Source of the DNA: Eubacteriales bacterium | Lineage (GTDB): Bacteria > Bacillota > Clostridia > Saccharofermentanales > DTU023 | Reading direction: 5' to 3' | NCBI GenBank assembly: GCA_030537595.1 | Contig: JAUNVR010000001.1 | Coordinates: 79,526 to 143,525 of the forward strand | DNA: 64,000 bases | In this document: piece by piece, positions 35,379 through 44,472 of the stretch | Position numbering within the stretch: the first letter of the stretch is position 1 | Layout: every line of letters starts with the position of its first letter | Notes under the pieces: model-generated | Database searches by the model: none | The model's input: the letters and a program-made list of their open reading frames with translations, nothing else | Told to the model about the DNA's origin: nothing | Program-made: the position numbers and the translations under genes

Positions 35379-36788
35379 ATGCCTATTGTTCGTGCGACAA
35401 AGAAGACGGGGGGCTTTAAGTCCTGGTTGTTTAAGGTTCCCTCGCGGATTATTTTATTTTCTTTTGTGGTTCTGATTGTCAGTGGAGCCCTGCTTTTGAC
35501 CTTGCCGATTTCTTCTGCTGAGGGCAAGTGGACGGGGCTTTTTCCGGCCTTCTTCACAGCAACTTCAGCGAGCTGTGTGACGGGTTTAGTGGTCTACGAT
35601 ACGGCCAGCTACTGGTCGCCTTTCGGGCAGTTTGTGATCTTGATGCTAATCCAGTTTGGCGGCCTCGGCCTTGCAACGATTACGAGTTTCTTTCTCTCCT
35701 TTAGAGCCCGGCGTAAGTCGTGGAAACTCCAGGCCTTGGCCTCGGAATCTACGGCGCTCGATTCGCGGGAGGAATTATGGCGCTTTGTCCGATTAATTAT
35801 CCTCTTGACCTTTGGCTTTGAGGCAGTGGGAGCTGTTATTTTAGTCACCCAGTATCTACCAATTTATGGAAGGGCTGGGATCTGGAAGGGCATCTTCCAT
35901 TCGATTTCTGCCTTCTGTAATGCTGGCTTTGATCTCAATGGAACTGGTCCCAATGGACCCTTTTCCTCCCTCTTAGTATTTAAGGAAAATCCCATTGTCT
36001 TAATGACTACCGCCTTCTTAATCATCGCAGGTGGCCTTGGTTTCGTAGTCTGGTTTAACCTGGTCTATTACAGGCGTGAGAAGCGTTTAAGCTTCCATGC
36101 GAAATTAGTTTTAATCATGACTGGGATTCTCCTGTGCTTAGGTTTTGTCCTGACTCTGGCTCTGGAGTACAGCAATCGTTCGACTCCGGACGCGATGGGT
36201 CATTTGAGCTTTGCGAAAAAATCGGTTTCTGCCTTCTTCCACAGCGCCTCCTGCAGGACTGCTGGCTTTAACAGTATTGAACTCTCTCAGATGCGTGAAC
36301 CGACTAAGTTCTTTTCAACCATCCTGATGTTTATCGGTGCAGCCTCTGGGAGTACTGGTGGTGGGATCAAGGTGACGACCTTTATCATCTTTATCGCAAC
36401 GATGCAGGCTTCAATTCGTCAAAGTACTCGGACTAGCCTGATGAAGCATAAAATCCGCACCGAATTGACCATGCGCGCAGTCGCGATTATTGCCCTGGCC
36501 TTTGGCCTCTTACTGGGTGGAAGCTTCCTCTTATCGATTTTTGAACAGCCGGCAATTCAGGCTGGTCACTTTCACTTCTTAGATGTGCTCTTTGAGACAG
36601 CGTCGGCCTTGGGGACAGTGGGTCTAACTACGATTTCAAGCTATCTTTTAAGCCGCCCGAGCCAGGCTGTGCTCCTTGTCATCATGTTCCTCGGCCGGGT
36701 CGGGCCCGCTTCAGTGGCGCTGAGCTTGACCTCAAAGACCGATTTCGAGGACGATGTGCTCCCGGATGGGAAGGTCCTCCTGGGTTAG
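35379..36788 (+). CDS. TrkH/KtrB family K+ transporter membrane subunit
   Basis: 469 aa, polytopic. Selectivity-filter-like repeats including CRTAGFNS and GSTGGGIKVTT. Confidence 0.88.
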   Translation: MPIVRATKKTGGFKSWLFKVPSRIILFSFVVLIVSGALLLTLPISSAEGKWTGLFPAFFTATSASCVTGLVVYDTASYWSPFGQFVILMLIQFGGLGLATITSFFLSFRARRKSWKLQALASESTALDSREELWRFVRLIILLTFGFEAVGAVILVTQYLPIYGRAGIWKGIFHSISAFCNAGFDLNGTGPNGPFSSLLVFKENPIVLMTTAFLIIAGGLGFVVWFNLVYYRREKRLSFHAKLVLIMTGILLCLGFVLTLALEYSNRSTPDAMGHLSFAKKSVSAFFHSASCRTAGFNSIELSQMREPTKFFSTILMFIGAASGSTGGGIKVTTFIIFIATMQASIRQSTRTSLMKHKIRTELTMRAVAIIALAFGLLLGGSFLLSIFEQPAIQAGHFHFLDVLFETASALGTVGLTTISSYLLSRPSQAVLLVIMFLGRVGPASVALSLTSKTDFEDDVLPDGKVLLG

Positions 36789-36880
36789 TTTAGCTGCAGC
36801 TTAAAGACTTAGATTTAGCTCCTAGAGGCTGCTATTTCAGGCTTTCCGTCTAAATTCTGAAGAAATCTCAGCTCCAAGGC

Positions 36881-36910
36881 TTGACAAGCCTAATTTGCTT
36901 TGGGTATACT
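36881..36910 (+). promoter_or_regulatory. Promoter of the tRNA-Asp/tRNA-Phe unit
   Basis: TTGACA (36881-36886), an 18-nt spacer, then TATACT (36905-36910). Confidence 0.6.
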
Positions 36911-36950
36911 TAGCGGGCGCTCTGGAAAGAGTGCGCATAGTGGACCATAT

Positions 36951-37027
36951 GGCGCAGTAGTTCAGTTGGTTAGAATGCCAGCCTGTCACGCTGGAGGTCG
37001 AGGGTTCGAGCCCCTTCTGCGTCGCCA
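36951..37027 (+). tRNA. tRNA-Asp (anticodon GTC), CCA encoded
   Basis: Acceptor GGCGCAG/CTGCGTC, anticodon stem CCAGC/GCTGG with loop CTGTCAC, and T-loop GGTTCGAGCCC. Confidence 0.93.
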
Positions 37028-37067
37028 CTAAGACTCTTGCCGGCGAAAGCCGGCAAAAGTCTTATAA
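37028..37067 (+). other. Strong GAAA-capped stem-loop in the spacer between tRNA-Asp and tRNA-Phe
   Basis: AAGACTCTTGCCGGC-GAAA-GCCGGCAAAAGTCTT pairs at 14 of 15 positions. No U-tract follows. Confidence 0.7.
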
Positions 37068-37143
37068 GCCCAAATAGCTCAGTAGGTAGAGCAGCGGATT
37101 GAAAATCCGCGTGTCGCTGGTTCGATTCCGGCTTTGGGCACCA
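37068..37143 (+). tRNA. tRNA-Phe (anticodon GAA), CCA encoded
   Basis: Acceptor GCCCAAA/TTTGGGC, anticodon stem GCGGA/TCCGC with loop TTGAAAA, and T-loop GGTTCGATTCC. Confidence 0.95.
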
Positions 37144-37145
37144 GT

Positions 37146-37186
37146 CTAAGGCCTTGCAGTTGAAACTGCGAGGCCTTAGCATTTTG
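37146..37186 (+). terminator. Intrinsic terminator after tRNA-Phe
   Basis: CTAAGGCCTTGCAGT-TGAA-ACTGCGAGGCCTTAG followed by CATTTT. Confidence 0.75.
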
Positions 37187-37503
37187 AGCAAAGTTTTGAG
37201 CTTTCTAATTAGAAGCTTTTCACCTTCTTCCAAAAATAGATAAAAATATAGAAGTATTTTGCTTTTGCGGAGTATAATCAATCCTGCCTTAGCTGCAAAA
37301 TGATACAGTTTTTTAGAAAACTTTATTTGAGTATTGTTTTTTGTTAGGGTAAAGTCAATATTTGCTATTAGTTTAAAAGCTAAACAAATATAGACGAGAT
37401 ATAGATTCTTTGAAGAAGCTAGATTTTTGTCTATTCGGGTTTTGCCAAGAAGTGATAGTAGGTATTAGGAGAAAGTTTTCTTTAAGTGAAAGGAAGAAAA
37501 GTT

Positions 37504-38547
37504 ATGGAAAAAGAAATTATTTACGAGACTAAGCAACGGAGGGCGGGTCACAATATTAGCTGGGCCGCAATCTTTGCTGGTGCAGTGACCTTCATTGCAC
37601 TCGAGTTGGTTTTCGCCTTAATTAGTAGTGCAATCGGCCTGGGCTCGATTGATCTTTATGACAGCAGTTCCTGGTCCGGTGCAGGTACTAATCTCTTAAT
37701 CTGGACTGCAGTGTCCTTGGTTATTGCCTTCTTTATCAGCGGCCTGGTCTCAGGTTTAGCAGCAGGTAGAGCGCCTGGTTTACACGGTTTCCTGACCTGG
37801 TCATTAGCGGTCTTCATGATCGTTGTCCTCTTTGTCTCTGGTGTCGGTGTAGCTGTCCAGGGTACTGCTCAATTACTAGCCGCTGTCGGTCGTGGTGGCG
37901 CAGATGTGCTCGAAGCAGCAGGCGAGAGTGTCGCCGACGCAGTTAAGGCAGCAGCCGACGAGGCCAAAGAAAACTTTGAGCTGAAGATTGATGAGAATCA
38001 GCTCGAGGCAAATGTGAAAGAGATTTTGATTGATAGCGAAGTTGAGGAATTACATCCTGATTATCTGAAAAAGGCACTTCATAAGAGCCTGAAGGAGATT
38101 CAAGCCGCAGCTAAAGAAGCCGCCAAGAATCCTGAAGCAACACCAGAAATCGCCAAGGATTTAATTGCTAAGCTGCAGGAGAGAGCTCAGACAATCGCTG
38201 AGGCACCCGACCAAGAAGCAGTAGTTAAGACCATTGCTAAAAACAGCGATCTGAGCAAAGAAGAAGCCAGAGAAGCAAGCGAAAAAGCCATTGAAAACTA
38301 TAAGAAGATGGCCGCAGAAGCAAAGCAAAAGCTGGTCGAAGCAGAGGCCAAAATTGAAGAGCTAAAGCAGCAAGTAGAAGTCAAGTATCAGGAAGCCAAA
38401 GCTGCTGCTGATGATGCAATCCACACTACCGCTAAGGTTTCAGCCTATGCTGCAGTCGCCTTTGTAGTCAGTGCAATCGTTGCAATGCTCGGTGCCGGTC
38501 TCGGCCGTAAAATCGCAATTAAGCATTTTGATAAAATAGCTGCATAA
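37504..38547 (+). CDS. Hypothetical membrane protein: N-terminal 4-TM bundle, long coiled coil, C-terminal TM anchor
   Basis: ATG 37504 follows AAGGAAG (the track starts at GTG 37486). The hydrophobic N-terminus spans about 130 aa. The middle is Ala/Glu/Lys-rich. The C-terminus is the hydrophobic segment VSAYAAVAFVVSAIVAMLGAGLG. Confidence 0.5.
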   Translation: MEKEIIYETKQRRAGHNISWAAIFAGAVTFIALELVFALISSAIGLGSIDLYDSSSWSGAGTNLLIWTAVSLVIAFFISGLVSGLAAGRAPGLHGFLTWSLAVFMIVVLFVSGVGVAVQGTAQLLAAVGRGGADVLEAAGESVADAVKAAADEAKENFELKIDENQLEANVKEILIDSEVEELHPDYLKKALHKSLKEIQAAAKEAAKNPEATPEIAKDLIAKLQERAQTIAEAPDQEAVVKTIAKNSDLSKEEAREASEKAIENYKKMAAEAKQKLVEAEAKIEELKQQVEVKYQEAKAAADDAIHTTAKVSAYAAVAFVVSAIVAMLGAGLGRKIAIKHFDKIAA

Positions 38548-38576
38548 GTACTTTTTAGCTACAGAGCAAAAAATTA

Positions 38577-38620
38577 GAACAACAGCCAGCCGATTTGAGG
38601 AGGGCTGTTGTTCCTTTTTA
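38577..38620 (+). terminator. Intrinsic terminator
   Basis: GAACAACAGCC...GGCTGTTGTTC stem followed by CTTTTT. Confidence 0.75.
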
Positions 38621-38738
38621 CGCCGGAAGGACTGGCCAAAACGGCTAATTTAAGATTTTAGTTTGCAAGCAGGGGAATCCTATGTTATTCTACTTCTTGC
38701 TATTCTTAAAGGAGGAGCGCAACTGCGCCATCACACAT

Positions 38739-38987
38739 ATGCAAACGTTAATTATTGTTCTAGCTATTCTTGATATTCTGGTTTGTATCTCCTTGGTCGG
38801 CCTCGTGGTCTTCCAGGAAGGTAACTCCCGTGGTTTAGGCTCCATTGCCGGTGGCGCAGAGACATTCTTTGGTAAGAGTAAGGCGCGTAGCATTGACGAG
38901 AAGCTGAAACGCTTAACCACAGCTCTTGCCATCACCTTCGGTGTACTCTCGATGATTCTTTACGTACTGACCGGACGCGTAGCCTAG
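38739..38987 (+). CDS. secG: Preprotein translocase subunit SecG
   Basis: About 82 aa from ATG 38739 ([11 protein letters not shown]...). Two TM helices flank the Gly-rich loop [19 protein letters not shown]. The longer track ORF (38682) adds an implausible N-terminus. Confidence 0.8.
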   Translation: MQTLIIVLAILDILVCISLVGLVVFQEGNSRGLGSIAGGAETFFGKSKARSIDEKLKRLTTALAITFGVLSMILYVLTGRVA

Positions 38988-39010
38988 TTAAGCTGAAATT
39001 ACTTAAAATA

Positions 39011-39047
39011 ATAGCCCCAACTCTTCTGAGTTGGGGCTATTTCTTTG
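39011..39047. terminator. Bidirectional terminator between secG and msrAB
   Basis: ATAGCCCCAACTC-TTCT-GAGTTGGGGCTAT flanked by A and T runs. Confidence 0.8.
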
Positions 39048-39113
39048 TCTAAATTTCTTAAGAATCTTGCTCAGGCTATAAAGCCTCTCTAGTAGCCGCA
39101 ATCGGCTACTAGC

Positions 39114-40268
39114 CTAATACTCAACAAAGAAAGTAAAGTCGGCGTAGCCGCGCTCAGCCATTTCCTCTAGCGGGATAAAATCTAGCGCTGCACCATTGAT
39201 GCAAAAGCGCAGACCACCCTCAGCTTGGGGTCCATCATCAAAGACGTGGCCGAGGTGGGCATCGGATTCGAGCGACTTAGTTTCGACCCGTTGGCGACCG
39301 AAGGAAAGATCCTCATGGTAGGTGATGGTCTGGGTTAAAATACTCCGGGTAAAGCTCGGCCAACCACAGCCAGACTCATATTTCTCAGTCGAGCTAAAGA
39401 GGGGCTCGCCACTGATTCGGTCGACGTAGATACCCTTGGCTTGCTGCTGGTTTAGCTCAGAGCTGAAGGGTGCCTCTGTATCTGCTTCTAGCATGATCTT
39501 ATAGGCTGCTGTATCGTCTTCCTTTAGCTCCTCAATCATTGTTGACTGATCCCTTTTCGGATAGCTTAAAGACTTAATTAAGGGCTCGTAGGCGATAGCG
39601 GTATTGATGTGGCAGTAGCCGCTCGGATTCTTACTCAGATAATCCTGGTGGTACTCTTCCGCCGGGATGTAATTGGCCAAAGGCTGAACCTCGACCTGGA
39701 GCTGCTCATCATACTTACTCTGCAAGTGCTCGAGCATTGCCTCAGCCAGGTCTAAAAGCTTCTGATCCTTGGCATAAATGCCGCTCCGATACTGCCGTCC
39801 GATATCATTACCCTGGCGGTCTAAGCTGGTCGGATCAATAATTCTAAATAAATGGTAAATCAGCTCAGCAGGGTGGATGCGATTCCGGTCAAAGACGATT
39901 TTGACCGTTTCTGCATGCTCTGTTTCTGCGAGGCGCCGGTACTCTGTATCCTCGGTCTTGCCGTTGGCATAGCCAACTTCTGTGGCTTCAACTCCGGCAA
40001 TTCTTTGGAAGTATGACTCGACACCCCAGAAGCAGCCTCCTGCAAAATATAGCTCTTGTAAATTCTGCATCTTTTTGTCCTCACTTTGTAAACGCGGGGG
40101 CAGTCGATTAGGCCCCGCGTTGAGATTGGTGCTAGCTTCACCTTGGTCTACTATCTTAGCTGAAGGGTCCTGCTCTTTGCTAGACTTGCTACAGCCAGCT
40201 AGTACTAAGCCGAGACTAATCAGCAAGAAAAGTCCGGCAAGTTTTAAGCATTTTAAATTCATCTGCAA
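39114..40268 (-). CDS. msrAB: Bifunctional methionine sulfoxide reductase MsrA-MsrB with a lipoprotein signal peptide
   Basis: 384 aa. Lipobox LAGCS, MsrA active site GGCFWG, MsrB motifs GCGWPSF and RFCINGAAL. Confidence 0.9.
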   Translation of the reverse strand: MQMNLKCLKLAGLFLLISLGLVLAGCSKSSKEQDPSAKIVDQGEASTNLNAGPNRLPPRLQSEDKKMQNLQELYFAGGCFWGVESYFQRIAGVEATEVGYANGKTEDTEYRRLAETEHAETVKIVFDRNRIHPAELIYHLFRIIDPTSLDRQGNDIGRQYRSGIYAKDQKLLDLAEAMLEHLQSKYDEQLQVEVQPLANYIPAEEYHQDYLSKNPSGYCHINTAIAYEPLIKSLSYPKRDQSTMIEELKEDDTAAYKIMLEADTEAPFSSELNQQQAKGIYVDRISGEPLFSSTEKYESGCGWPSFTRSILTQTITYHEDLSFGRQRVETKSLESDAHLGHVFDDGPQAEGGLRFCINGAALDFIPLEEMAERGYADFTFFVEY

Positions 40269-40349
40269 CTCCTTTCCTGGAGAGTCTTAATGAATTTTAC
40301 TGCCCCGAGCCAAGTTCTGTCGATGAGCTATGTTGCGAATTTTAAATTT

Positions 40350-41435
40350 TTAATTGATTCGCTCTGTGCTTTCGCTATCAAAGAAGTGTAAGCCTTCCTT
40401 ATCTAGGTGGAAGTTGTGCAGCTCATCGTGGGCGTATTCGTAGTAGCCGGGTTGTGAAATAACGCAGGTACTACCATCATCCAAGCTACAGTAAAGTAGC
40501 TTCTCTTTGCCGAGCATTTCGATCACGTCAATTTTGGCCTTGACCTTACCATCTTCACCCTCGCCTGCGATAAAGCGCTCACTGCGGATACCGAGGTGGA
40601 CTGCTTTGCCTTCGTAGGGGGCTAAGGACGCTGCATCTTCTGGGGCAGGACTGACTCGAATCACTCCATTGTCTGAGACGAAGACACCGTTCTCCATCTT
40701 GCCGGAGAAGGTATTCATCGTCGGCGAACCGATAAAGCCAGCGACAAAGAGATTGGCCGGGCGGTTATAGAAGTCCTCGGGTTTACCGACCTGCTGAATT
40801 TTACCGCCATCCAAGAGCACAATGCGCGTCGCCATAGTCATCGCCTCGGTCTGGTCGTGGGTGACATAGATGGAGGTGGTCTGTAAGGACTTATGTAGAC
40901 GCACTAGCTCGACTCTCATATGCTCGCGCAATTTCGCGTCGAGGTTAGATAGAGGCTCGTCCATCAAGAAGACTGCGGGCTTTCTGACCATCGCACGACC
41001 CAGGGCAACACGCTGTCTTTGACCGCCGGAGATATCGGAGGGTCTGGAGTAGAGGTAGTCGGTAATCTGCAGGATTTCCGCAGCCTCCATCACGCGCTCG
41101 TGGATGACCTCTTTCCGCTCCTTCCGCATGGCCAGGGAGAAGGCCATATTGTCATAGACCGTCATGTGGGGATAGAGTGCGTAGGATTGGAAGACCATGG
41201 CAATATCCCGGTCCTTTGGTTCGACCTTATTAATGAGGCGGTCACCAAAGTAGAGCTCACCCTCGGTAATTGAGTTTAGGCCTGCAATCATCCGCAGCAA
41301 GGTACTCTTGCCACAGCCTGAAGGGCCGAGGATGACGCAAAAGTCCTTATCCTCGATTTCGAGGTTGATATGACGAATAGTAAAGTTTTCACGGCCTTCA
41401 TATTTTTTGCCGATATTATTTAAAGTAATCTTCAT
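40350..41435 (-). CDS. Sugar ABC transporter ATPase (MsmK/MalK/UgpC family)
   Basis: 361 aa. Walker A GPSGCGKST, signature ISGGQRQR, Walker B FLMDEPLS and a C-terminal TOBE-like domain. Confidence 0.92.
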   Translation of the reverse strand: MKITLNNIGKKYEGRENFTIRHINLEIEDKDFCVILGPSGCGKSTLLRMIAGLNSITEGELYFGDRLINKVEPKDRDIAMVFQSYALYPHMTVYDNMAFSLAMRKERKEVIHERVMEAAEILQITDYLYSRPSDISGGQRQRVALGRAMVRKPAVFLMDEPLSNLDAKLREHMRVELVRLHKSLQTTSIYVTHDQTEAMTMATRIVLLDGGKIQQVGKPEDFYNRPANLFVAGFIGSPTMNTFSGKMENGVFVSDNGVIRVSPAPEDAASLAPYEGKAVHLGIRSERFIAGEGEDGKVKAKIDVIEMLGKEKLLYCSLDDGSTCVISQPGYYEYAHDELHNFHLDKEGLHFFDSESTERIN

Positions 41436-41447
41436 TTTTTGCTCCTT

Positions 41448-42368
41448 CTAACCTTTGACTGAACCTTGGGCTAAGCCTGAGACCAACTGCTTTTGTAATG
41501 TGATAAAGAGAATGATTATCGGAACGGCAGTCAAGAGTCCACCGGCCGCAAAAGCCGGCTGGTTCATATTGCGCATATCGCTAATCAGCGTGAACAGCCC
41601 GGTTGCCAATGTGTATTGCTTCGGGTCTGTGAGTAGGATCTTCGGCAGCATAAAGTCTAAGAAAGGGCCGATAAAAGACCAGAGTGCAATAATTGCCAGC
41701 ATCGGTCTGGCAATCGGCATGACAATCAGCCGGTAGACCTGCATATTACTACAGCCATCAATCCGCGCCGCATCGTCCAGCTCAGTTGAGATACCGTCAA
41801 TATAGCCCTTTAACATAAAGGTATTGCCGGCGATACCACCTGCTGCATAAATCAGAATCAGCCACATCTGCCGGCTGAAGCTCGGGATGATCGCGGAGAT
41901 AATCGAATGGATTGTGTAGTAAGCAGTAATTCCCGCAAAGGCCGGAATCGTCTGAATCAGCATAATTGCCATTAATGAAGCCCGCCGCCCAGAAAAACGG
42001 TAGCGCGAGTAAGCGTAGCCGGTAAAGGACACCACCAGAAGGGTCAAGAGTGCAGTGGCAATCGCAATTACCAATGTGTTCTTGGTCCAAAGGAGGAAGT
42101 GGGTTTCGGTAAAGAGGTATTTAAAATGTTTCAAGGACAGAGTGTAAGTCCCGCCTAGTGAGATGTAATTTCCCAAGGATCCGTTCAAACTGGCCAAAGT
42201 CATTTGCAAGAGCGGCCAGAGAATGACGAAGGCCCAGAAAATTAGAATCAAATAGGAGATGGCTAGCATGACCGCAGCCAAAGGGGTCAAAGGAGGACGG
42301 TCGGAAAGATAAAGTTTTTCCTTTTTCCGTTCTTTCCTAGACTTTTTATCTTGAGCTTTTTTCTGCAT
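41448..42368 (-). CDS. CUT1 sugar ABC transporter permease (MalG/MdxG-like)
   Basis: 306 aa with the EAA loop DDAARIDGCSNMQVYRLIVMPIARP. Confidence 0.88.
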   Translation of the reverse strand: MQKKAQDKKSRKERKKEKLYLSDRPPLTPLAAVMLAISYLILIFWAFVILWPLLQMTLASLNGSLGNYISLGGTYTLSLKHFKYLFTETHFLLWTKNTLVIAIATALLTLLVVSFTGYAYSRYRFSGRRASLMAIMLIQTIPAFAGITAYYTIHSIISAIIPSFSRQMWLILIYAAGGIAGNTFMLKGYIDGISTELDDAARIDGCSNMQVYRLIVMPIARPMLAIIALWSFIGPFLDFMLPKILLTDPKQYTLATGLFTLISDMRNMNQPAFAAGGLLTAVPIIILFITLQKQLVSGLAQGSVKG

Positions 42369-42369
42369 C

Positions 42370-44451
42370 TTAATTCTCCTTAAATGCCTTGCTGTTGCGG
42401 TAGCCGTACCAGGTGATAATCAGGAGGAAGATTGAAATGACAATCGTAATCGCCGCACCGATAGCCTGGTACTGTTTGACAATGGTTAGTTTATAAATGT
42501 AGGAAATCAAAATATCCGTCGAACCCGCAATATTACCGTAACGCGAGGGGTTGAATGGCCCGCCCCCGTTAAAGAGGTGGATAATCGAGAAGTTATTAAA
42601 GTTAAAGGTATACTGCCCGATTAGCAGCGGTGCCGTCCGGTAGAGGACCAGGGGGATAGTGATTTTAAAGGCCTGTTGGAAGGCTGTCGCACCATCGATA
42701 TGTGCAGCCTCATAGAGGTCACCTGGAATCCCCTGCAAGACTCCTGTCGAGAGCATGAAGACGTAAGCGCTGCCGAGCCAACCCTGAAGTAGGATTAAGA
42801 CTACACGAGTTGCATAGGTGTCATTTTTAACATTAAAAGGATAGCCTAAAAGCGATTCCAAAATCTCGGCCAAAGGCCCGCCAGGGGAGAACATTACCGA
42901 GAACATCATGATCGTAATAAAGGCCGGAACCGCCCAGGGCAAAAGATAAATCGTGCGGAAAATCCGTTTTCCCTTTATTCGCTCCTGGTGGGCAATTAGA
43001 CTGAGGAAGAAACCAATAAAGATGGCCAGCGAGCTGGCACCTAAAGTCCAGATTACAGTCCAGCCGAGGATTTTCCAGAAGGGGCCACCAGCGACTCCCT
43101 GCCCGAGGAAGATTTCCCGATAGTTAGTTATACCGCTCCAGACGAATTTCGACTGGTGGGAGGGGTCGTAGTTGGTAAAGGAAATCAGGACGGTTGAGAA
43201 AATCGGCACCATCACAATGAAAATAATCAGAATCAGGGCCGGTAGAGAAACCATGTAAGGGAAGCCGTTTCGGGAAATGCTGTTTTTTGTCTCAAACCAA
43301 TTGTAAGGCCGAGTCCCCTTAATTTTATTTTTTTCCACCCGATGTGCATCGCGGAAAGAGAAGTAGAAGAGGAAGATCGCGATAATTAGGAGACAGACCG
43401 CCAAAATTCCCTCAATCATGAAGATAATTGAGCGGTCAACCCGAGAGCGGCCGGCAGCCAGATTAATTAGGCCGGCTAAGCCTTCACCGCGGTAATTATG
43501 CTTACCCATGGCGTAGGGTAAATTAATGAAGTAAATAATAAAAGTAAGTAAGAAAAAGAAAATAGACTTCACATACTGCTTATTTAAAACCTGGCCAAGG
43601 CCCGGCACAAGCAGTGCAAGCCAAGATTTATAAGCGCGCTGCTGGAAGGTCTCCACAGGTATTCTGCGCCGTAAATCGGAGAGGTCAGAGTTTAAGACTC
43701 GGCGCTCAGACTCGGGGTCGACCCTGAGGTGGTGCCGGACATTCTCTAACTGGCTCTTGAGTGTCTTTAGGGGGTGAGTCATCTCCCGGGCCCGGATATC
43801 TTCCTTGGCGGCGCGGATTTTCTGCTCACGTTCATTACGATAGGCCCGAGCGGAGATTTGGCCCTGCTTTTGCAGCTGCTTAATCTGCTTAATCTCAGCA
43901 TCAGCCTGGGCCTGTCGCTCCTCCTTGTAGGCTTTAATTTTAGCCTCGGCCGAACTATGGTCTTGGCCTTTCGCCGCTTCTAATTCGGCCTTTAAACGAC
44001 CTTCTTTGGCCTCTAGGGCAGCCCTGGTTTCGAGCATCAGTGGTAAGCGATGAATCTGTGTTTCAGCAGCTTTATAAGCTAGCTCAAAATCATAGTCCAG
44101 GTCGACTAATGGCTCATAGAAGGCAGCCTTCTTTTCTGCCTGGAAATATTCCAAACGCCATTTTACAACCTGTACTGAAGCCCGGCTCAAACTTTTCTTG
44201 TAGGCAGCGGATTCACGCTTGAGTTCAGCGAGGAATTCTCGCTCGGCTTTTCGCGCCTCCTTAAGTTTGACAATATGCGGATGAGAGCTTTTATTTTTTT
44301 CAAGCTCGGACCGCTTTGCTTTGAGCTCTTTAGCCCGCTTCGGATCCGCTGTCTCTAGCTCTGCATCGAGCTCAGCAAGCTCAGCCAGATAGCGGTTCTT
44401 CCGGGGATATGGGCGGCCAATCTCATCATAGACATAGCGCTCAACTTTCAT
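42370..44451 (-). CDS. CUT1 sugar ABC transporter permease (MalF/MdxF-like) with an N-terminal coiled-coil extension of about 270 aa
   Basis: 693 aa. The C-terminal ~420 aa are a typical MalF-like permease (PGLGQVLNKQY, EAA loop EAAHIDGATAFQQAFKITIPL). The N-terminal 270 aa are Lys/Glu/Ala/Arg-rich with no TM segment. Confidence 0.85.
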   Translation of the reverse strand: MKVERYVYDEIGRPYPRKNRYLAELAELDAELETADPKRAKELKAKRSELEKNKSSHPHIVKLKEARKAEREFLAELKRESAAYKKSLSRASVQVVKWRLEYFQAEKKAAFYEPLVDLDYDFELAYKAAETQIHRLPLMLETRAALEAKEGRLKAELEAAKGQDHSSAEAKIKAYKEERQAQADAEIKQIKQLQKQGQISARAYRNEREQKIRAAKEDIRAREMTHPLKTLKSQLENVRHHLRVDPESERRVLNSDLSDLRRRIPVETFQQRAYKSWLALLVPGLGQVLNKQYVKSIFFFLLTFIIYFINLPYAMGKHNYRGEGLAGLINLAAGRSRVDRSIIFMIEGILAVCLLIIAIFLFYFSFRDAHRVEKNKIKGTRPYNWFETKNSISRNGFPYMVSLPALILIIFIVMVPIFSTVLISFTNYDPSHQSKFVWSGITNYREIFLGQGVAGGPFWKILGWTVIWTLGASSLAIFIGFFLSLIAHQERIKGKRIFRTIYLLPWAVPAFITIMMFSVMFSPGGPLAEILESLLGYPFNVKNDTYATRVVLILLQGWLGSAYVFMLSTGVLQGIPGDLYEAAHIDGATAFQQAFKITIPLVLYRTAPLLIGQYTFNFNNFSIIHLFNGGGPFNPSRYGNIAGSTDILISYIYKLTIVKQYQAIGAAITIVISIFLLIITWYGYRNSKAFKEN

Positions 44452-44472
44452 ATCATTCTCCTCAGCTATTGT

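Noticed and set aside
36837-37281. Two minus-strand ORFs (63 and 103 aa) across the tRNA-Asp/tRNA-Phe region
   Set aside because: They run antisense through two well-folded tRNA genes and their terminator, so they are not credible coding sequence.
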